Shown: in pieces, positions 1-9,921 of the stretch
Layout of the letters: every line of letters starts with the position of its first letter
Numbering within the stretch: position 1 is the stretch's first letter
Assembly (NCBI GenBank): GCA_963706595.1
Contig: OY970166.1
Span: 4,896,001-4,960,000 of the forward strand
DNA: 64,000 nucleotides
Direction: 5' to 3'
Source of the DNA: an uncultured cyanobacterium
GTDB lineage: Bacteria; Cyanobacteriota; Cyanobacteriia; Cyanobacteriales; Nostocaceae
The notes under the pieces: generated by a model
Told to the model about the DNA's origin: nothing
The model's input: only the letters and a program-made list of their open reading frames with translations
The model's database searches: none
Position numbers and translations under genes: made by a program

Positions 1-282
1 AAGGTAATTGACGGTAATCATTGGATTGACCCCGAACTCTGCACAAACTGCTTTGGTAGTGTTTATTCCGTTCCTCAGTGTAAAGCTGGTTGTCCCACCT
101 GCACAGGTTGTGTGAAACAACCCAACGATTATTGGGAAGGCTGGTTTGCTAATTACAATCGCTCTTTAGCAAAATTAACTAACAAACAAGATTACTGGGA
201 ACGTTGGTTTAACTATTATTCCAAAACATTCTCCGAAAAATTATCTCGCCGTCAGAGCGAAGTCATAGGTGTATCAGGATGA
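1..282 (+). CDS. fdxN: ferredoxin FdxN, 3' part (5' end outside window)
   Basis: Frame 1 reads KVIDGNHWIDPELCTNCFGSVYSVPQCKAGCPTC...YWERWF...SG*, with a 4Fe-4S Cys motif; TGA overlaps the nifS ATG, the usual nifB-fdxN-nifS order. Confidence 0.9.
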   Translation, partial: KVIDGNHWIDPELCTNCFGSVYSVPQCKAGCPTCTGCVKQPNDYWEGWFANYNRSLAKLTNKQDYWERWFNYYSKTFSEKLSRRQSEVIGVSG

Positions 283-1481
283 GCATCATTTATTTAGACA
301 ATAATGCCACAACGAAGGTAGACCCGGAAGTTTTAGAGGCGATGTTGCCTTATCTGCGGGACTACTACGGTAATCCTTCTAGTATGCACACCTTTGGCGG
401 ACAACTGGGTAAAGCTGTAAAAACAGCCCGCCAACAACTAGCCGCCCTCATCGGTGCTGAGGAATCAGAAATTATCTACACCAGTTGCGGTACAGAAGGC
501 GATAACGCTGCTATTCGCGCCGCACTGTTGGCACAACCAGAAAAGCGACATATCATCACAACACAGGTTGAACACCCAGCCGTTTTGAATGTCTGCAAAC
601 AACTGGAAACCCAAGGTTACACTGTTACCTATCTTTCGGTAAATCGTCAGGGACAGCTAGATTTAAATGAATTAGAAGCTTCTCTGACTGGAAATACCGC
701 CTTGGTAACAATTATGTATGCCAATAACGAAACTGGTACGGTTTTCCCCATTGAGCAGATTGGGTTAAGAGTTAAAGAATACGGCGCTATCTTTCATGTT
801 GATGCAGTGCAAGCAGTGGGAAAAATTCCCCTCAACATGAAGACCAGCACCATAGATATGTTAACTCTGTCTGGTCACAAAATCCATGCTCCCAAGGGAA
901 TTGGGGCTTTGTATGTGCGGCGCGGTGTACGGTTCCGTCCCTTGTTAATTGGGGGACATCAAGAACGTAGTCGTCGGGCGGGAACAGAGAATGTCCCAGG
1001 GATTGTTGCTCTAGGTAAAGCGGCAGAGTTGGAATTGTCTCATTTAGAAGAGGCTACCACAAGAGAAAGAAAATTGCGCGATCGCCTGGAACAAACTTTA
1101 CTCGCTAAAATTTCCGACTGTGAAGTGAATGGCGACCCAACGCAGAGATTGCCGAACACTACAAATATTGGCTTTAAGTACATTGAAGGTGAAGCAATTC
1201 TGCTCTCCTTAAACAAATACGGTATCTGTGCCTCATCTGGTTCAGCTTGTACCTCTGGTTCCTTAGAACCTTCCCACGTTCTCCGGGCTATGGGTTTACC
1301 CTACACCACCTTACACGGTTCCATTCGTTTCAGCTTAAGTCGCTACACCACAGAAGCCGAAATCGATCAAGTTATCGAAGTCATGCCCAGTATTATCGAA
1401 CGTTTACGCGCCATGTCCCCCTTCAAAAACGATGATGCGGGTTGGCTGCAAGAACAAGAACAAGCATTAATTCATCGCTAG
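279..1481 (+). CDS. nifS: cysteine desulfurase NifS
   Basis: YLDNNATT, PLP lysine SGHKIH and SSGSACTS motifs; nif context. Confidence 0.98.
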   Translation: MSIIYLDNNATTKVDPEVLEAMLPYLRDYYGNPSSMHTFGGQLGKAVKTARQQLAALIGAEESEIIYTSCGTEGDNAAIRAALLAQPEKRHIITTQVEHPAVLNVCKQLETQGYTVTYLSVNRQGQLDLNELEASLTGNTALVTIMYANNETGTVFPIEQIGLRVKEYGAIFHVDAVQAVGKIPLNMKTSTIDMLTLSGHKIHAPKGIGALYVRRGVRFRPLLIGGHQERSRRAGTENVPGIVALGKAAELELSHLEEATTRERKLRDRLEQTLLAKISDCEVNGDPTQRLPNTTNIGFKYIEGEAILLSLNKYGICASSGSACTSGSLEPSHVLRAMGLPYTTLHGSIRFSLSRYTTEAEIDQVIEVMPSIIERLRAMSPFKNDDAGWLQEQEQALIHR

Positions 1482-1496
1482 AGAATACTCCCCCTT

Positions 1497-1521
1497 GTAC
1501 AGACGCGATTCATCGCGTCTC
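1497..1521. repeat. palindromic dispersed repeat AGACGCGATKMATCGCGTCT (other copies ~13643-13668, 15786-15810, 45197-45237)
   Basis: Same palindrome seen at four intergenic sites. Confidence 0.8.
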
Positions 1522-1554
1522 CACCCACTCAGCACTCACTACTCAGCACTTAAT

Positions 1555-2454
1555 ATGTGGGACTACACAGATAAAGTATTAGAATTGTTTTACAATCCCC
1601 AAAACCAGGGAGCTATTGAAGAAACCGACGAACCTGGTGTTAAGGTTGCAATGGGAGAAATTGGTAGTATTGCCTGTGGTGATGCCCTAAGATTACACTT
1701 GAAAGTTGAAGTAGAATCTGATAAAATATTAGATGCACGCTTTCAAACCTTTGGCTGCACTAGTGCGATCGCCTCTTCCAGTGCTTTAACCGAAATGGTC
1801 AAAGGTTTAACCCTAGATGAAGCTTTGAAAGTTTCTAATAAACAGATTGCAGATTACCTCGGCGGATTGCCAGAAGCGAAAATGCACTGCTCTGTCATGG
1901 GGCAAGAAGCTCTAGAAGCCGCTATTTATAACTATCGTGGCATAGCTCTCCCTACCCACGACGACGATGATGAAGGCGCATTAATTTGTAGTTGCTTTGG
2001 TATCAGCGAAGCCAAAATTCGCCGTGTGATTCTAGAAAATCATCTCACTGATGCTGAACAGGTAACAAATTATGTAAAAGCTGGTGGCGGATGCGGTTCC
2101 TGTTTAGCGAATATTGATGATATTATAAGAGATGTAAAGGAGAAAGCCGCCGTACCTGCTCTCAACAACCACAGCGTCGGAGTTGCTAACTCACAGCAAC
2201 AATCAAAACCTCTAACTAATGTGCAGAGAATTGCACTCATTCAAAAAGTTCTCGATGAAGAAGTCAGACCCGTACTGATTGCAGACGGGGGAGACGTGGA
2301 ACTTTATGATGTAGAAGGCGATAAAGTCAAAGTCGTACTTCAAGGCGCTTGTGGTTCTTGTTCTAGTAGTACAGCCACTCTGAAGATTGCTATCGAAGCC
2401 AGGTTACAAGATCGTGTCAGCAAAAACCTAGTAGTCGAAGCAGTCGCACCATAA
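1555..2454 (+). CDS. nifU: Fe-S scaffold NifU
   Basis: Start MWDYTDKV; CGD, FGC, MHC, central CSCF...GGGCGSC and C-terminal GACGSC domains. Confidence 0.97.
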   Translation: MWDYTDKVLELFYNPQNQGAIEETDEPGVKVAMGEIGSIACGDALRLHLKVEVESDKILDARFQTFGCTSAIASSSALTEMVKGLTLDEALKVSNKQIADYLGGLPEAKMHCSVMGQEALEAAIYNYRGIALPTHDDDDEGALICSCFGISEAKIRRVILENHLTDAEQVTNYVKAGGGCGSCLANIDDIIRDVKEKAAVPALNNHSVGVANSQQQSKPLTNVQRIALIQKVLDEEVRPVLIADGGDVELYDVEGDKVKVVLQGACGSCSSSTATLKIAIEARLQDRVSKNLVVEAVAP

Positions 2455-2647
2455 CTTTAAGATTTACACACCGTACAAATAGAGCCTGTTATTTATTAAA
2501 CAGGACACCAAGTAGGATTTGAAAGATAATTTTCGCCCCATCAATGCTTCATTCCTACTGAGAACACACAGCAATAGCACATAGGTGAAAGTATTCAACA
2601 CCTAATTGTCAATTGCATTATCCCACTCGCTTCAAAGGAATCAGGAT

Positions 2648-3001
2648 ATGAGTTTGTACGAAAACATTGGTGGACAACCCACAATTGAAAAAGTAGTTGA
2701 TGCCTTTCACAAGAGCGTTATGGCAGACGGTAGCCTCAAAGGTTACTTCGCTAAAACCGATATGGCTAAACAACGCGCTCATCAAATTGCTTTCTTCTCT
2801 CAAATATTTGACGGACCAAAGCAATATGGTGGTCGTCCAATGGAAAAAACCCACACAGGTATGAAGTTAAACGACCAACACTTTGATGCTGTTGCCAAGC
2901 ATTTGGGTGCAGCAATGGCCTCAGCCGGAGTATCCGCAGAAAACAGCAGCGCTGCAATGGCTAAAGTCTCTGGCTTAAAGGCTTCTATTTTGAACAAATA
3001 G
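2648..3001 (+). CDS. glbN: cyanoglobin (group I truncated hemoglobin)
   Basis: MSLYENIGG...FF...GP..Y.GR.M...H..M....HFD 2/2 globin pattern; located between nifU and nifH as in Nostoc commune. Confidence 0.92.
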   Translation: MSLYENIGGQPTIEKVVDAFHKSVMADGSLKGYFAKTDMAKQRAHQIAFFSQIFDGPKQYGGRPMEKTHTGMKLNDQHFDAVAKHLGAAMASAGVSAENSSAAMAKVSGLKASILNK

Positions 3002-3301
3002 GACTTGGGCATTGATTGGCGAATCATTACGTCAAATCCTGCTTGTTATCTCCACATATTTGTACAGTGTGTAATTCCTTTGTCATTTGCTTGACAAGTG
3101 GCAAAGGAAACCAAATAAACAAAAAATTAACCTGAATCATTATGACACCAATACCCCTCGATTTTGCTGTGGAGCGATCGCCCCCGGCCTGTGCTTAAGC
3201 ACAATCGTCCCCGGCGACGTTCTACATCCGCTCACTGCTGTAGCTCAACAGGCGTGAACGTCAACAAACAGACCCACTAACCAACCAATTGCAGGAGATA
3301 A

Positions 3302-4192
<891 letters not shown>

Positions 4193-4327
4193 TAAGATTT
4201 CAGCCGAAGGAAAAAGGAAGAATTTCAGATTTGACCTTTAACCTTCACCCTTGCATCTCCCCCTACTAAACCTAGAGGGGACTCTAAGTCCCCTATTCCC
4301 AGAACCTTACGAATCGGAGAGGATAAA

Positions 4328-5690
4328 ATGACACCTCCAGAAAACAACAAGACTGTTGAAGAAAGAAAGGAACTTATTAAAGAAGTTCTCAGTGCTTACC
4401 CAGATAAAGCTAAGAAAAAACGCGAAAAGCACTTAAATGTATTTGAAGAAGGTAAGAGCGATTGCGGCGTTAAATCTAACGTCAAATCTCTTCCTGGTGT
4501 AATGACCGCTCGTGGTTGTGCTTATGCAGGTTCCAAGGGTGTGGTTTGGGGTCCTATTAAGGACATGATCCACATCAGTCACGGACCTGTTGGTTGCGGT
4601 TACTGGTCTTGGTCTGGTCGTCGTAACTACTACATTGGTACTACAGGTATTGATACCTTTGGTACTATGCACTTCACCTCTGACTTCCAAGAAAGAGACA
4701 TCGTTTTTGGTGGTGACAAGAAACTACTGAAATTGATCCAAGAATTAGAAGTACTCTTCCCTCTGAACCGTGGTGTATCCATTCAATCTGAATGTCCCAT
4801 CGGTCTAATTGGGGATGACATCGAAGCTGTAGCTCGTAAGGCTGCAAAAGAAATCGACAAGCCAGTTGTTCCAGTTCGTTGCGAAGGTTTCCGGGGTGTT
4901 TCTCAATCTTTGGGACACCACATCGCTAACGACATGATTCGTGACTGGGTATTCCCTAGATCCGATAAGGCTAAGGCTGACGGTTCACTGAACTTTAATT
5001 CTACTCCTTATGATGTAGCCATCATTGGTGACTACAACATCGGTGGTGATGCTTGGGCGAGCCGTATTCTTCTAGAAGAAATCGGTTTGCGCGTAGTTGC
5101 TCAGTGGTCTGGTGATGGTACTATCAACGAAATGTTGATGACCCCCAACGTGAAGATGAACCTCATCCACTGTTACCGCTCGATGAACTACATCAGCCGT
5201 CACATGGAAGAAAAATATGGTATTCCCTGGTTGGAATACAACTTCTTCGGTCCTACCAAGATTGCTGAATCTTTACGGGAAATCGCTTCTAAGTTTGACG
5301 AAAAAATCCAAGCAAACGCTGAGAAGGTTATTGCTAAGTATCAGCCGACAATGGATGCGATCGTTAACAAGTATCGCCCCCGTTTAGACGGTAAGACTGT
5401 AGCCATGATGGTTGGTGGTCTACGTCCTCGTCACGTTGTCCCAGCTTTCCTAGACTTGGGTATGAAGATGATTGGTACTGGTTATGAGTTCGCTCATAAT
5501 GATGACTACAAACGTACCACTCACTACATCGAAAATGGTACTATCGTTTACGATGACGTGACCGCCTACGAATTTGAGGAGTTTATCAAAGCCCTCAAGC
5601 CTGACTTAGTAGCTTCTGGTGTGAAAGAGAAGTACGTCTTCCAAAAGATGGGTCTACCTTTCCGTCAAATGCACTCTTGGGATTACTCCG
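4328..5690 (+). CDS. nifD: nitrogenase MoFe alpha chain, 5' segment (interrupted by nifD element)
   Basis: NifD sequence runs to ...QMHSWDYS, then homology is lost at GGATTACTCCG; joins in frame to 11714-11857 (about 501 aa). Confidence 0.98.
5680..5690 (+). repeat. nifD element left recombination site GGATTACTCCG
   Basis: Matches the 11-bp nifD element repeat known from PCC 7120; partner at 11704-11714. Confidence 0.95.
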
Positions 5691-6029
5691 AACCTAGCCA
5701 TAGGTCCTGAAATTCAATGACAGCAGCATTTTTTGACGGTGAGATAAAAAATAATTTCTTTTTAGTCTAAATGCAAGTTTTAGGATGATCTAGAAACTAT
5801 ATATTTGTGATGCTTTAAATAATATAACTCTTATCTGGGATAGTGTTGAGGAATTAATTAAATTTTGCTGAAATTAAAACTGTAAAATGAGCGACTATTT
5901 TGAGTGATATTTTTTTAGATTAAATGGTGCGATCGCATCATAGTTTGATTTCAGGAAGGCAGAAACCCTGAGATGTCAGGAGATTATGCCCAAGTAATTT
6001 ATAAGCTCACTAGGTAATTAATAAGCTTA

Positions 6030-6226
6030 GAGGATGTTTGTAAAGTCTAATTTATTACTAGCCCTGGCGACTAGAAGTTGCGGCTATACAGACAAAACCC
6101 GCCTGCGCGGGTTAAAAACCTTAATTCTTCATTAGTCCAGGTCGCTGGACTTTGCTTGTGTAGTAGCGTTCGCCTTTGGCGTTGCGAAGCAATATTATAT
6201 TCGCCCAAAACTTTTAAAACATCCTC
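6030..6226. mobile_element. MITE-like element
   Basis: TIR GAGGATGTTTGTAAAGT / ACTTTTAAAACATCCTC flanked by TTA on both sides. Confidence 0.7.
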
Positions 6227-6769
6227 TTAGAAACCTAAGTGATCAAGGTGTGGATCAAGTGCAACAAAACGATTACACGCATCTTTTAACTCTTGTGCGG
6301 CATGATTCCAGAAAAATAGCTCAACGGTAAAACCATCATCACGCAAAGTTTCAATAGCCGGTATAAAGTCGCCGTCGCCTGCTACTAAAGTAATAACATC
6401 TTCACCCTTATGCATTTTTGTATAAGCATCTCGCATCATCGCTGTCACAATACCTGTATCAACTTTTTTCTCTCTATTTGCAGCATTTCGATCAACAATT
6501 ATAGTTTCAAATCCTGCCCTCTCAGCGATTCCCCAGAGTGAATCATTTGCCGGAGGCCGCGAACCAAATAAAACTGCTCTCTGAATCTTGGCGGGGTCGC
6601 TTCCTGCTGTAAAGCTATGCAGTTTACCAAAATCAAGGCGATAGCTATTGTCGATAATGTTCTTGTTCATCGCATCATAAATATTCGCCACTAAAGCTTT
6701 CCGAACAGCACTAACACGTTTGCTTTCAATGAAAACATTGGAATTATCTACATACACAAAATTAGACAT
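6227..6769 (-). CDS. NYN/LabA (PIN-like) domain protein
   Basis: VYVDNSN, EKKVDT, LVAGDGDF and terminal F..L pattern of NYN domains. Confidence 0.85.
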   Translation of the reverse strand: MSNFVYVDNSNVFIESKRVSAVRKALVANIYDAMNKNIIDNSYRLDFGKLHSFTAGSDPAKIQRAVLFGSRPPANDSLWGIAERAGFETIIVDRNAANREKKVDTGIVTAMMRDAYTKMHKGEDVITLVAGDGDFIPAIETLRDDGFTVELFFWNHAAQELKDACNRFVALDPHLDHLGF

Positions 6770-6943
6770 AGGATTTTTAAACTTGTATAATTATTTACTT
6801 AATAATCAGATATATCATAGCCTAAAACAGTTCAGTTAAAGCTAAAAACTAAAACTGGTGTGAGTGAGATTGAGGAATGCAACTTCTTAACTTGATCAAA
6901 ATCTTGTTGGGTTTCGTTGTCACTCCACCCAAGTTACTGTGGT

Positions 6944-7522
6944 TCAATCTGGGAAAGCCGCACCAGTCATGGGATCACTGATATACAATCCCAGCGTGAG
7001 ACTACGCATGGCCTCATCCCAAACGGGTATTAGTTGCGCTGCTTGATCTGCCCAATAATCAAATGTAATCAAACACTGTACATTTGACCCCAAACCAATG
7101 CAAGTCCGTGAAAAAGCTTCCCGTGGTTCTTCCTGAGTGTCAATAAATTTAATCTCTGTCCACACAATTCTGGCAGTTTGGCGCTTGACGGTAATAATTT
7201 CTCCCCTAGCGATGACGTTGCGACTATCTTCTTCCATGATTTTCCTCAAAGTAGATTTTAGGGGAAATAAGCTCCAGTCACGGGAAGGCAGAGGATTGAA
7301 AGATACTTCCAAGCAGCAATCGTCTTTGGGCGGTTTTTGATCGCAGAACTTGAATGATTTTTCTTGTGGCTCAAAAACCCAATTTTGGGGGACATTGAGG
7401 CGAACAGCCCCCCGATCTGCTACAAAGATTTTATAGCCTGATGGAGATTCCCAGCGATGATCGGGTTTTAGTTCCAGGGTTTCTTTAATCCACTGGAGAT
7501 TGCTTTTTTTACGCTTTGCCAT
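6944..7522 (-). CDS. hypothetical protein (192 aa)
   Basis: Clean ORF; alpha/beta pattern weakly reminiscent of the PsbP/Mog1 fold. Confidence 0.75.
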   Translation of the reverse strand: MAKRKKSNLQWIKETLELKPDHRWESPSGYKIFVADRGAVRLNVPQNWVFEPQEKSFKFCDQKPPKDDCCLEVSFNPLPSRDWSLFPLKSTLRKIMEEDSRNVIARGEIITVKRQTARIVWTEIKFIDTQEEPREAFSRTCIGLGSNVQCLITFDYWADQAAQLIPVWDEAMRSLTLGLYISDPMTGAAFPD

Positions 7523-7739
7523 AGTATTTTTGCAAATGTTAGCGTAGGTTGTTGCAGGCGATCGCCCACTTCGTTAATCATACCAAATTGCTACTATTTA
7601 GGGATATTATTGAGCAATGGTGGAGAAACAAGTTTTTCAACTGTGATTTTTCCTATGAATGGGTTTAGATATTTTGGAATTTCAGATAAAGATTCTATTG
7701 GAGAAATTACCATAAAATCCCCTAAAAAACCCAAAAATC

Positions 7740-7768
7740 TTGACAAAACGCGAATTATCAAATATATT
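7740..7768 (+). promoter_or_regulatory. sigma70-type promoter of the FABP-like gene
   Basis: TTGACA-N17-TATATT ending 33 bp before ATG 7802. Confidence 0.55.
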
Positions 7769-7801
7769 CCTTTCAAATGTGAATTAAATGCAAATTTCAT
7801 C

Positions 7802-8200
7802 ATGAGTATACAAATTGCCGGAAAATACAGCTTTGTCTCCCAAGAGAACTTCGAGGAATACTTGAAGGCTGAGGATCTTGGGATGATCAAGCGAAATGTT
7901 TTAGCAAAAACCACTCCGGACATGATAGTGGAGATTGATGGCGATAACTTCACCGTTACGACCATCACGAACCTCAAGACCATCAAGATCAGCTTTACCT
8001 TGGGACAGGAGTATAAGTGCGATCCAGGAACGGACAAAGTTAACAACTACATCACCACTTTGGAAGGGGGTGACACCTTGGTGAGCAAAAACCTTGACGA
8101 TGACTCTTCCACGTCTGCGATGAAGTTCACCGACGATAATTTGATTATCACCATGACAGCGAAAGGAATCACTGCAACCAGAACATTCAAAAGAGCCTAA
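7802..8200 (+). CDS. intracellular fatty acid-binding protein (FABP/iLBP)-like, 132 aa
   Basis: GKYSFVSQENFEEYLKA signature, SFTLGQEY, C-terminal ATRTFKR; typical FABP length. Confidence 0.85.
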   Translation: MSIQIAGKYSFVSQENFEEYLKAEDLGMIKRNVLAKTTPDMIVEIDGDNFTVTTITNLKTIKISFTLGQEYKCDPGTDKVNNYITTLEGGDTLVSKNLDDDSSTSAMKFTDDNLIITMTAKGITATRTFKRA

Positions 8201-8320
8201 ACAAATAGGACTTGATATTCGGTGTTGCTGAATTTGAAAATGAAATGCCAAAATTACGTTTTTTGTTGCTTGCGCTTTTGTGTGTGAACCTCAGCAGGGC
8301 GTACTTTAAATCAGCAACGT

Positions 8321-8574
8321 CTAATTTTTAACTGAGTAATATCTTCAAAAGTAGGGTGTGTTGTCCCGTGGAGCAACGCACCACAGCAATAATTTTCTAG
8401 ATTGCGATCGCCTAACTTTTAACTGAGTGATATCTTCAAAAGTAGGGTGTGTTGTCGCGTAGCGCAACGCACCGCAGCAATAATTTTCTATATTGCGATC
8501 GCCTAACTTTTAACTGAGTGATATCCTCAAAAGTAGGGTGTGTTGTCGCATAGCGCAACGCACCGCAGCAATAA
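8321..8574 (+). repeat. 91-bp tandem repeat (about 2.8 units), each with a GTAG-type REP; HIP1 in the two full units
   Basis: GTAGGGTGTGTTGTC...GCAACGCACC at 8351, 8442, 8533; near-identical intervening sequence. Confidence 0.9.
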
Positions 8575-8612
8575 TGGGCATCCTAGAAAACAAACCCCAT
8601 TTTCTCACATCC

Positions 8613-9164
8613 ATGTCCAACTACCGCAGACCTGACATTTCCGGCGGAACCTACTTTATTACCCAAGTTACCTATCAAAGACAACCCTGGCTTTGCTCAG
8701 ATACTGGACGTATTGGCCTGCGTGCTGCTTTTAATCATGTCCGCAAGAATTACCCTTTCTCAATAGATGCCTTTGTTCTACTCCCTGATCACTTTCACGC
8801 CCTATGGACTCTACCTGAAGGCGATCGCAATCTATCTATGCGGATGCTTTTAATTAAACGTTTTGTAACTAAATACTACGGTCATCAGTTAGGGCTTGAT
8901 GTTGATATTACGCGATCGCGCCAGAAGCGAAAAGAAGGAAACCTCTGGCAACGCAGATTTTGGGAGCATTTAATTAGAGATGATGTTGATTTTGCCAATC
9001 ATTGCGATTACATCCACTACAATCCTGTACGGCATCAGCTTTGTGAATCACCGCAACAATGGGCGTTTTCGAGCATTCATCGTTTAATCGAGCAGAATAT
9101 TTACCCGTTAGATTGGGGTAGCAATGGGGAAGTGCAGCTTTCCTCGGACATTTGGGATGTTTAA
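8613..9164 (+). CDS. REP-associated tyrosine transposase (RAYT/TnpAREP, HUH Y1 family)
   Basis: GGTYFITQVT, PDHFH (HUH), WQRRFWEH, DYIHYNPV; flanked by inverted REPs. Confidence 0.92.
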   Translation: MSNYRRPDISGGTYFITQVTYQRQPWLCSDTGRIGLRAAFNHVRKNYPFSIDAFVLLPDHFHALWTLPEGDRNLSMRMLLIKRFVTKYYGHQLGLDVDITRSRQKRKEGNLWQRRFWEHLIRDDVDFANHCDYIHYNPVRHQLCESPQQWAFSSIHRLIEQNIYPLDWGSNGEVQLSSDIWDV

Positions 9165-9170
9165 GATGGC

Positions 9171-9202
9171 GGTGCGTTGCGCTACGCGACAACACACCCT
9201 AC
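9171..9202 (-). repeat. GTAG REP copy, inverted, directly after the RAYT (further copies 9879-9909, 11383-11461 pair, 37899-37928, 43762-43841 pair)
   Basis: GGTGCGTTGCGCTACGCGACAACACACCCTAC is the reverse complement of the upstream REP. Confidence 0.88.
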
Positions 9203-9264
9203 AGGAAAGATGCTCTTGTGCTAGTTTTCTCATATATGAGTTTATCTGTATATATTCAGAAGTT

Positions 9265-9699
9265 TTAGAATTCATCCAGCATTCTTTTTAAGCTCTCTAA
9301 ATCTGAGCCGTCTATATATTCTAAATTAGTAACTGCTAAAGTATGTGGTATATTAAGAGAGTTTATTAATTCTTGAATTTGTTGCAAATGCAGTGAGTTT
9401 TGTTTTAGAAGATTGTTAGTGATTCTTTGTTGTTCAATGATTTGGATTTTGGTAGATTCTAATTCTCTTTTAATTTTGAGTAACTGCAATCCAATACCTT
9501 CGTATTTATAACTAATAATATTTTGTTCCGTATCCAAATCTGGAATAAGTGTAGAAATTTCTTTTATTCTTGCCCACCTGCGTTTAAGTTTATTAATTTC
9601 AGCAGTTCGATCAGTCCCAAGTTTTAATTCCACGAACTTATGGGCAGCAATAGCTTCAATAAATCCTTTACGTAATTCCTCCAAATCATCTTCTTGCAT
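9265..9699 (-). CDS. hypothetical coiled-coil protein
   Basis: 144-aa AT-rich ORF; no family recognised. Confidence 0.6.
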   Translation of the reverse strand: MQEDDLEELRKGFIEAIAAHKFVELKLGTDRTAEINKLKRRWARIKEISTLIPDLDTEQNIISYKYEGIGLQLLKIKRELESTKIQIIEQQRITNNLLKQNSLHLQQIQELINSLNIPHTLAVTNLEYIDGSDLESLKRMLDEF

Positions 9700-9921
9700 A
9701 GTTTATAATTATGTGGCAATTTATTTAAGTTTAAACTTAAGCTAGCTGACGAGCAACGGTAATTATATCTAATTTATGTAACCCTCTTCTATCACTCTGA
9801 GGAAAGAAAAATAATAATTTATGATTATTTGATTGGCGAAAGCAACGAAAATGGGTTTAAATGCACGCAGGAAAGAACTAGGGTGTGTTGTCGCGCAGCG
9901 CAACGCACCACATAAATTTAC

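Noticed and set aside
4328..5710. Truncated nifD pseudogene (likewise hupL 43155-43739)
   Set aside because: The missing 3' parts lie beyond the direct repeats and rejoin in frame on excision
7610..7801. 64-aa N-terminal extension of the FABP ORF
   Set aside because: AT-rich, contains the promoter motif; FABP homology starts at ATG 7802
8321..8574. CRISPR array
   Set aside because: The sequences between the palindromes are near-identical rather than unique spacers; no cas genes; the adjacent RAYT explains them as REPs
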